Shown here: positions 55,265 through 64,000 of the stretch, piece by piece
Numbering within the stretch: the first letter of the stretch is position 1
How the letters are laid out: each line of letters starts with the position of its first letter
Assembly: GCA_964016885.1 (NCBI GenBank)
Contig: OZ024748.1
Location: 54,436,001-54,500,000, forward strand
From: Eledone cirrhosa
Lineage: Eukaryota
Length of the DNA stretch: 64,000 nt
Direction: 5' to 3'
The notes under the pieces: model-generated
Told to the model about the DNA's origin: nothing
The model's database searches: none
What the model saw: the letters and a program-made list of their open reading frames with translations, nothing else
Program-made: the position numbers and the translations under genes

Positions 55265-56229
55265 GTGAGTGTGTATGTTTGTGTGTTTATCTCTCCCTAA
55301 TAAAAATGGTTTAGATAGACAAAATCACTTTTTAGAAATTGAATATTGAAAAATAATGTAATTATCAAGTCATTGGAATATATTAACTGCCATTCTGGGT
55401 TTCTGGAAAATTCCAGAATTAATTTTTTTTTTTTAATTATTAATTTTTTTTTTTTTTTTTTTTTGTGAAATATATACATATGTATGTATGTTGCGTGTGT
55501 ATGTGTGTATGCGCGCATAAATATATATATATATAGATATAGTATGTGAGAGACATCTCTTTTTCTTCCTCCCCCTTTGAATGTGTGTATGTATATATAT
55601 ATATGTATGTATCTTTCTCTGTGTGTGCATGTGTATGCTTGTGTGTGTGTATGAGCATGCACAAGCATGCATACATGTAGTCTGTGTATACACACCTGTA
55701 CGCACATATATATATGTATAATGTACATATATATATATATATATATATACATATGTATATATACATGTAAGTATAAATATATGTGTGTTTGTGAATATCT
55801 GTGTGTGTATTTGTATGTATATATACATATATATGTGTATGTATATATATATCTATGTATATAATATACATTACAATTGACATGGTGCATGTGTGTGTAT
55901 GTATAAGTGTGTATAGTTGTGAGCAAATGTGGGAAGTTTGTGTTTGGATGTGTCTGTAAATATCTGCAGAAATATATATCAGGCGGTACCCGCAGATAAA
56001 CTGGTGTAACATTTTTCTATCTTTCATTCTTAACCTACCTGCAAAAAAACATGACATTTGTTGCTCTTCTCTGAAATAAAAAACAGAAAAGATTAAAAAA
56101 AATAACAATAATAATAATAATAACGCAATCTAGTCTATTGTTTAAATTGAGTTTCTTATTGTTTATATTTTTCTCTGTATGTATTTTTTTTTTTTCCTTT
56201 CTATTTTTTCTTTATTTGAAGCTGAAACT

Positions 56230-56680
56230 TTTATCACAGTTATCCAGAGTCTTAGAGTTTCACAGACATCATCACATCATTTCACCCAGATCTACATATA
56301 TAGAGAGAGAGAATTTCACATAATTTCTAATATAGTTTCACATAGTTTAATACAGATCTTGATATAGAGTTTCACATAGTTTAATACGGATCTTCACATA
56401 ATTTCACATGGATTTCCACATAGTTTCCTAGTTTCACACAGATCTTCATATAGAGAATGTTTCATGTGAATCTCTAAAGTTTCATGTAGAACTTCACATA
56501 CTTTCACACAGATCTACATATAGAGATAGTTTTACATAATTTCACATTGATCTTAAAGTAGAGTTTCACATAGTTTTACACAGATTTACATATCATTTCA
56601 CAGAGTCCCTCATAGAACTTCACATAATTTCACAGGGTCCCACAGAGATCTTCATAAAGAGTTTCACATTAAGTTTCAAA
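56230..56680. repeat. Degenerate tandem repeat anchored on tttcaca(t/c)ag / agatcttca
   Basis: Many imperfect copies of tttcaca. Confidence 0.8.
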
Positions 56681-57401
56681 AAGATCTTTTGAGTAGTTAT
56701 CAAAGTAAACTTCTGCTTCATGTTGGACACTTTCCTTCTTCATTTGTTCTCTTTCTCTCTCTGTATGTGTGTATATATATATATATATATAAGCTCCAGT
56801 ACTACAGGCATGGTTGGAATGTCAAAGAAAAAAGAAAAGAATTGCAGGACAGATTTTATAAGCAATGGCAATGGGTAGTTGGATAATATTCATAACCACA
56901 GTTGGTCTCGCTCAGTGATCCAACCGGATTATTTGGAAGGAGTGTGTAGTGGGGAACATTCTACAGGAATGTATTCCATGCATACCAATTGTTTTGCAGA
57001 CAAATATGGCAAAAGGGAAAATAAATTTTCAGTCAACTGAGACTATCATCGCAATATCAAGACCAAAAATCCCTTTTGGAGTGTTCTGGTAATGAGAAGT
57101 GGAGCTTGTCTATACATCAACTTGGTAGAAGCAATGGATGTTTCTATCTTATTAGACACCTCAGCGAAGCTTATTCACTTATCAAGTTGGATAGGCGAGA
57201 ATTGGCACATATTTGATAAAAATTATAATTTGTAATATATAGAGTATTCTCAAAAGGGTAAAATATAAAAATTGCTTTAAAAAATTTTTGAAAGTAGATT
57301 AGAAGCAGAAAGGATTACAAGAGTCGGAGGTAAAATGAAAAGTTAATTAAGATCACTAAGGTGAAGCTGATTTAATCGATGTACAGTGAAGTAGATTGCC
57401 G

Positions 57402-57690
57402 TTAACCCTTTCTTATCGTATATGCAATGAAAGTTACTGGCTATGACTTTGAAATAACTTTGAAAATAATCACGGCGTTAGAAGGATTTTGTTCAATTAT
57501 ATAACCAACTCACTCGTTATTAACAAACGTTCTTAGATAAAAATTATAGAAGTTCTTTTTTAAATAAATATTACTCTATTACGTGTATCAGCCGACAGGC
57601 TGGGGCACTGCCATTAAACCAATTTACATTTAAAAGTTTTGTATCGTAGAACTATGAAATGTTTTAAAAGCTTGAGATCAAAAGGGTTAA
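57402..57690. mobile_element. Non-autonomous DNA transposon (MITE) with TTAA ends, piggyBac-like
   Basis: Perfect terminal inverted repeat TTAACCCTTT...AAAGGGTTAA. The internal sequence resembles copies at 3187-3503, 15580-15817, 20100-20350 and 25015-25198. Confidence 0.75.
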
Positions 57691-57750
57691 CCCATCATTG
57701 ATTTGGTAGGCAATATAGCATGGGGAGGGGGAGTGTTGGTTGGAGTAACG

Positions 57751-57853
57751 TATAAAATACCCGGAAGTGACAAGAGTTCTCCCAAAAGAAGTTAAAGTAT
57801 AGTGACAAAGATGGCGGCGACGTTTCATTGTGTGGTTTCCATTACCGCCATTT
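57751..57853 (+). promoter_or_regulatory. Candidate housekeeping-type promoter of a neighbouring, unidentified gene
   Basis: TATAAAA at 57751, ETS/GABP motif CCGGAAGTG at 57761-57769, YY1 motif AAGATGGCGGC at 57808-57818, and an opposed ACCGCCATTT at 57844-57853. The locally CpG-rich context contrasts with the upstream DNA. Confidence 0.6.
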
Positions 57854-58849
57854 AAACAAGTGACATTTTTTTTTTTTATGTGTTAAAACGTTTTATAAAA
57901 AAAGGTTAAAAACTACTTTCATGCTTGCTTACACGAATTTAAGTTCTAACTTAAGATTTAATTCGTTGGAATTTTGCTACAGAATAATTATTTTCTCAAT
58001 CAAACACAATTGACAAAAGGACATTATCCTGACAAGCTGTCTTGGCGATACTATGACGAAACAAGTAATTCTTAATGTGTGGTCAGACGTTACTTTAACT
58101 CGTCACGTATGTTTTCTGATAAACATTGTGGTGTGTTTATGCGAGTAAATTCGCGCTTTACCAGCGTGTTAATTGCCGTGTTTTCTGTGAGACCAGTGTA
58201 AGACTTCGATAAAGAATTGTCACTTAAGTGATTTTTAGTGTTATAAACTAGTTTCTACAGGACGGTTACCAACAAGTGGATATTTACCTGGCTTAACACA
58301 GCCGTGGGTAGGTGTTCTGTTTGAATTGTTATTTTTAATATTATGGTTTCCTAACATAAGCTGTTAAATAATGTCTTAAATATATTGTCTTACCTTTGCT
58401 TCGTCCGAAATTAGGCTGTAGCCCAGGGAATTTCCAAAGCTACATTATTTTAATTAATTTTACTTCCAACGTTTTTTCTAATTTTAGTCACCTTTTCATT
58501 TTAGTCACCATTTTCATTTTATAATTCTGAATATTATAAAATCATAATTTTTATGATATATAATATGTAACTAAGACCGTCAATTGCCTCAACTTGAACG
58601 TAAATACACCCAGATTAAATTAAATCCAGCTACGAACTCAAGCAAACGTAAACTATACACCTACATCTGACTACATTCCCCTGTCCCGAATCGGTCAAAT
58701 GAGATTTAACCCTTCGTATGGGGTGTATATATATTTTTATATATTGTTTAATAGATCCTTACATCTCCAGACATCAAAGTAAAGACGCTTTACACAACCC
58801 AATGTTCACATGCAAAATACAAGTATATGATTATTGCCCCTCTCTTGTC

Positions 58850-59640
58850 TCATCGCAGAATCTCGACCCAGCATTATAGCTAAATATTATGGGCTGAGTT
58901 CTTTCTTTTTCTTTCGTAAGAAACTGTGTTGCACTCACTGTTGTATTTAGTGTAGTCGAAAGATAAACGGATAGTAAAGTTCTCAGCTTACAAGAAATAT
59001 ATGGAGAGATACGATGACACCTTTTAGATGCTGGAATTAAGTTCAATGGGAATACATTTGGCGAAATCAGAAAGGTTTCCTTCCCTTCGGAATGTGACAC
59101 ACTGTAATGTTTCCAAAGATCAAGATATATACCTGGAGAGAGAGAGATTGAAGAGTTTGGTGGATGTGAGTGGTTAGTTTTGAGATACATTGTATCAGGG
59201 TTAATGAAAAGACCCGTGGCTTGTTGGGTTTGAAGCAGCCGAAGATGCCTTTGTTCTTGACTTGTCTATATGCAATGATAGAGAGGAGACTTGGGGAGTG
59301 GAAATAGAAAGTTTTGAGGAAGATTTACCTAGTATGGGTAGTGTAGAGCTGAATGCGAAGTATGCAGCTAGTATGGAGGTTATTTCCACGGGAGTATGGA
59401 ATTAAAAACACGGTGGGTGAGAAGTGGACGAAAAATGGATAACACAAATTTTATAAAAAATTCTTTTGATGTTGGACCAAAAAGATCGGTTACAATTTTG
59501 GAGGTGGGAGAGCTTGTAGAGAGGAGGGGCGTTCTTCAAGGTTTCAATGGTGTAGTAGAAGTTGCAGTACTGAGTAAAAACCATCCTAATTGTAAGTGTA
59601 TGGTATTTTCTTTAAGCGTTTTCGCCCATGTCCTTACCTG
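58850..59640 (-). pseudogene. Decayed non-LTR retrotransposon (CR1/L2/Jockey-like) ORF2 fragment
   Basis: Frameshifted minus-strand motifs RSFWSNIKRI, ILAAYFAFSSTLP, GIYLDLWKH/TVCHIPKG and GNLSDFAKCIPIELNSSI*KV. These resemble WK.A.V.PIPKKG...NYRPISL..SKV upstream of the RT core. Confidence 0.65.
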
Positions 59641-59889
59641 AATGCTGCAGGACAGTTATGCTCGAACCCCTTGTACCTGTGTGTTTTAAAGTTTAGGGCG
59701 TTGGACTTTCTATCATAAGGTCATGGATTAAATTCCTTGACCCGGTGGTGCGTTTTGGTTTTGAATGGGAGACTTCATTTCACATCGCTTTTTGTGACAG
59801 GACTGAGAGAACCTTAGCATTAAAACACACAAGAAGCCTCTTATGAGATACAATCTCGTCAGAGACCAGCTAAACCTGCATAGGTGTGA

Positions 59890-60440
59890 GATGTAAATGT
59901 CCTTTTCACATCAGTCTATATTAATTCTGGATAGCTTAAGGTTTCCAATGAAAATAGTAATAGTCTCTTTGCAAGATATAAGATTACACTGTTCTCCTTG
60001 TAATTGTTTGGTGAGCAAATTAAGCTTTTTTAAAATATATGTGAGAGGTAAAATATATCACACCTGGCAGCAATCAACTGTTCGCCATGCTGCTTACTAT
60101 TCAGAAATGACACAATACTCTTCTAAAGTGCCACAAAGCAACGAAGACAATTACCTTTTGATAGCAATCGCACATCTGTATGCATCAGTAGGCGTTCAAA
60201 CTGTTCGTTATTTTTGTTCAAAAATTCCCGGGACAATATTGAAGGTGATTTTGATTTGATAAGGTTGACAGCTTCTATTACAATTGCAAGGTCATCTTGC
60301 AGATGTCTTTCCAATTGTTTTGCAGCCATGAGAGATTTGTTCACACAGTATATGCAGAAATATCCTTTCAGCACAGCATCTTTTTTTTAAAATAAGCAAT
60401 GATTGCCGTATATTTTACCTGCCAAGGCGACAAATCGGCA
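59890..60440 (-). pseudogene. hAT (Buster/Charlie, ZBED5/FAM200-like) transposase remnant
   Basis: CVNKSLMAAKQL...VIEAVNLIKS...EQFERLLMHTDVRLLSKGNCLRCF matches the Buster motif LL.HTEVRWLS.G..L.RF. It is followed, after a frameshift, by IFYLSH..KKLNLLTKQLQG. Confidence 0.8.
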
Positions 60441-61298
60441 GAGTCGTTAAAACATCTGTTTTATAATATTCATTCCGACTTTATGCACTCTGAGTTCAAA
60501 ACCCGCTGAGATCAACTTTTCCTGACATTTTGGTATGGTGGAGTTATATTTGTGTGGCAAGGGTTCATTTTTTTTTATTTCTCTCGTAGCCCCTAAAAAA
60601 CGATACGATATGACTTTCTGTTGAGATTTGCTGGGCTTAAGCAACACCAATCCAGAGAAGTAACTTCTACGTAGTCATTTGATCTGTTAGAAATAACAGC
60701 TAAATATCCCTCAAATCTTCCCTGGCTGTTTTTAGAAATGGAAGTACACATTAGATAATGTATTCTTAGATACTCTATGCCTGACTGAAAAGTGATGAGA
60801 TGATCGTCTGAAACATCTTTGATCATAGAACTACTTAATGATGGCCTGGGGTTAAACAAAACTAGAAGAGGATATTTTCATCGTTCAACTGGTATTTTAG
60901 AAGTAATAATTCCGTCCTTTTCTGGCATACTCTTGTTGGTTTTAGTCACGTGACTGTTGCTATGCTCGGACACCGCCTTTCTTTAGTCAATCACATTGAT
61001 CACCAATATTTGTTTCAAGTTCGGTACTTATTTTATCGATCTTTTCTTAATGCTCAAAAGAGGAAACATCTACGTGGACACATGACCTGCTAGAAATTAT
61101 AGCCAAGTCACCCACATTTCACACGATGACATCATAAAAATGAGGAAGGACACTATGAATAGTTTAACCCTACATACACCATGTCTAAAAAATAGGGAGG
61201 GTGGGTGGGGTGGACAGTTGTGATTGGAATGATTTAGATCATATGTCTTTTTGATCAGATAACTCGGAGCTAAACAATAACTACGAAACACTACTATA

Positions 61299-62432
61299 AT
61301 AATTGTTTCTACCTTTGGCACAAGGCCAGCAATTATCCCAGTGCATTACTGGTACTTTATTTTATCGACCCCGTAAGGATGAAAGGCAAAGCTAACCTCT
61401 ACGTAAAGAAACGTAACATGTCACAAAGCATGTTGTCCGACGCTCTACCGATACTGAATGATGGCTCTGATTTAGGCACAGGGCCAACAATTTTGGGGGA
61501 GGGCTAAGTCAATTAAATCGGCCCCAGTGCATTACTGGTACTTTATTTTATTGGCCCCGCAAGGATGAAAGGCAAAGCCAAACCACAGTGAGATTTGAAC
61601 TCAGAACGTAAAGCGACGTAACTCTATGCCGCAAAGTATGTTGACTGATGTTCTACCGATACTGGCAATCCAGTACTTAAATACTGTATAAAGATTACAC
61701 ACTAGAAAGTATTATTACAGTATCGGTAGAGGGTCGGACGCCATGCTTTGCAACATAGAGTTACGGCCCTTTGTGGTCTGAGTTCAAATCCCGCCGAGGT
61801 TAACTTTGTCTTTCATCCTTACGGGGTCGATAAAATAAAGTACCAGTAATGCACTGGGGGAAATTGCTGGCTTTGTGCCAAAAGTAGAAACAATTATTAG
61901 AGGTGGTTAATTTTATCTACCCCAATATTTGAAAGAAAGAGAAAAGTTAAACCGACCCTAGTTCGTTACTGGTACTTTACTTTACCTACCTTGGAAGAAT
62001 GGAAGGTTCGTTACTGGTACTTTACTTTACCTACCTTGGAAGAATGGAAGGTTCGTTACTGGTACTTTACTTTACCTACCTTGGAAGAATGGAAGGTTCG
62101 TTACTGGTACTTTACTTTACCTACCTTGGAAGAATGGAAGGTTCGTTACTCATACTTTCCTTTACCTACCTTGGAAGAATGGAAGGCAAAGATATATTTG
62201 GAGGAATTTGAACTCAGAAATTAAAGGGACATAACTCTATGTCGCAAATCATTTTGTCCGAAGCTCTACCGACACTGCCAAATGTTGATGCTGGTAATGA
62301 TGACAATGCCTCGGAACGGTATCCTGGAAGAATGAAAGGTAAAGATAAATTTTGTAGGAATTTAAACTCAGAACGTAAAGGGTCGTAACTCTATGTCGCA
62401 AAGCAATTTGTGCAATGCTCTACCGATACTGT
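61299..62432. mobile_element. Cluster of SINE family A copies: 61299-61456 (-), about 61460-61672 (-), 61718-61899 (+), about 61900-62282 (-, with an internal tandem array), about 62325-62432 (- head fragment)
   Basis: Repeated consensus blocks in both orientations. Confidence 0.9.
61961..62185. repeat. 45-bp tandem repeat, 5 copies (gttcgttactggtactttactttacctaccttggaagaatggaag)
   Basis: Units start at 61961, 62006, 62051, 62096 and 62141. The first four are identical. Confidence 0.97.
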
Positions 62433-62699
62433 TGATGCTGCTGCTGATGATAATGCCTGGGAACGGTTGAAGGAAATGTCATACAACAGAGTTAGGGAAC
62501 AAGTTCTGGCATACAACACTCGGTAACGGAGGAGGAGGACAATATTTACCAAATTCTACAGAATAGGGGTGAGACCTGGAATATAAATCCTCTCCTGAAG
62601 CTGGTCCCTATGGCCCCCATCAATCATGCTTGGTCAGGGGTTGGGTTTGTATCGGCGAAAGTTTGGACAAAATATTTTGAGGAACAGCATCAGTCGTCC

Positions 62700-63650
62700 G
62701 GCGGTGGTGATGGTGGTGGTGGTAGTGACACTGATGGTACTGGTGGTGGTGGTGGTGGTGGTGGTAGTGACACTGGTGGTGGTGGTGGTGGTGGTAGTGA
62801 CACTGATGGTGATGTTGGTAGTGAGACTGGTGGTGGTGGTGATAGTGGTAGTGGTGGTGATGGTGGTAGTGGTAGTGGTGGTGATGGTGGTAGTGGTAGT
62901 GATGGTGGTAGTGACACTGGTGGTGGTGGTGATAGTGGTAGTGGTGGTGATGGTGGTAGTGGTAGTGGTAGTGATGGTGGTAGTGACACTGGTGGTGGTG
63001 GTGATAGTGGTAGTGGTGGTGATGGTGGTAGTGGTAGTGGTAGTGATGGTGGTAGTGACACTGGTGGTGGTGGTGGTAGTGGTAGTGGTAGTGACACTGG
63101 TGGTGGTAGTGGTAGTGGTGGTGATGGTGGTAGTGGTAGTGGTAGTGATGGTGGTAGTGACACTGGTGGTGGTGGTGGTAGTGGTGGTGATGGTGGTAGT
63201 GGTAGTGGTAGTGACACTGGTGGTGGTAGTGACACTGGTGGTGGTGGTGATAGTGGTAGTGATGGTGGTAGTGACACTGGTGGTGGTAGTGGTAGTGGTG
63301 GTGATGGTGGTAGTGGTAGTGATGGTGGTAGTGACACTGGTGGTGGTGGTGATAGTGGTAGTGGTGGTGATGGTGGTAGTGGTAGTGGTAGTGATGGTGG
63401 TAGTGACACTGGTGGTGGTGGTGGTAGTGGTAGTGGTAGTGATGGTGGTAGTGACACTGGTGGTGATAGTGGTAGTGGTGGTGGTGGTGGTATTGACACT
63501 GGTGGTGATGATGGTAGTGACACTGGTAGTGGTGGTGATGGTGGTAGTGACACTGGTAGTGGTGGTAGTGATGATGGTGGTGGCAGTGGTAGCGTTGGTG
63601 GTAGTAGTGGTAGTAATGATTGAGGTGATGGTGGTGGTGGTGACGATGAT
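62700..63650. repeat. GGT/AGT-derived minisatellite with gacactggt anchors
   Basis: Triplet-based units that give spurious Gly/Ser, Val, Thr and Pro ORFs. Confidence 0.95.
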
Positions 63651-64000
63651 GATGATTGCCCTCCTCCTCCTCATCATCATGGTGGTAGTGGTGGTAGTAC
63701 TGTTGATGACGACGATGATGAGGTGGAGTTGCTAGATGGGGAAGAGGAGGCGGGGGGGGGGGGGATGTGGTAGAAGGGTTGGTGAAAGTAGTAGTAATAG
63801 TAGTAGTGGTAGTAATAGTAGTGGTTTTAATTACTTTTGAAACAATTTAAGATGCTAGAAACAACAGCCTATAGTGAGTTACAGCTTCAAACCTGATCAA
63901 CTGGAAACTGTGCGGACACCAGAATAAGGAAGATGTCGACTACAAAGATGTAAATATTGACATGTTGTACCTCACTAGAGCTTCACAAGGACGAGGCTTT

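Noticed and set aside
61718-61800. tRNA gene (A/B boxes)
   Set aside because: The boxes belong to a SINE head that continues into the SINE body. No complete cloverleaf is present.
61961-62185. CRISPR-like appearance of a regular 45-bp repeat
   Set aside because: There are no unique spacers, the context is eukaryotic, and the unit derives from a SINE.
62610-63735. 337-aa Gly/Ser/Asp-rich ORF starting MAPINHAW
   Set aside because: The body is a GGT/AGT minisatellite open in four frames. MAPINHAW faintly recalls the Tc1 PDLNPIE.W motif, but this is too weak to call.

Overview
AT-rich, microsatellite-dense animal genomic DNA. It is most likely from an octopod cephalopod, an inference from the repeat families and composition. 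The main feature is the 3' part of a ZFHX3/ZFHX4 (ATBF1/zfh2-class) zinc-finger homeobox gene on the + strand. Five coding exons can be reconstructed with canonical AG/GT sites and a continuous frame: 30767-31636, 41128-47655, 48128-48220, 48990-49154 and 49740-50431. Together they encode about 2,780 aa with four homeodomains and about 17 C2H2/C2HC fingers. The N-terminal exons are not visible, so positions 1-30766 appear to be one very large intron. The rest is simple repeats, minisatellites, several SINE families, a TTAA-ended MITE family, and decayed Tx1/L1, CR1/Jockey-like and hAT/Buster fragments. A CpG-rich ETS/YY1-type promoter candidate lies near 57.75 kb. Nearly all other ORFs in the track are repeat artefacts. 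I found no evidence for a wholly new biological system. The best leads are a 45-bp minisatellite made from a SINE core, a Tx1-like LINE end inserted in a CTAT array, and inverted repeat pairs that could be ADAR substrates.
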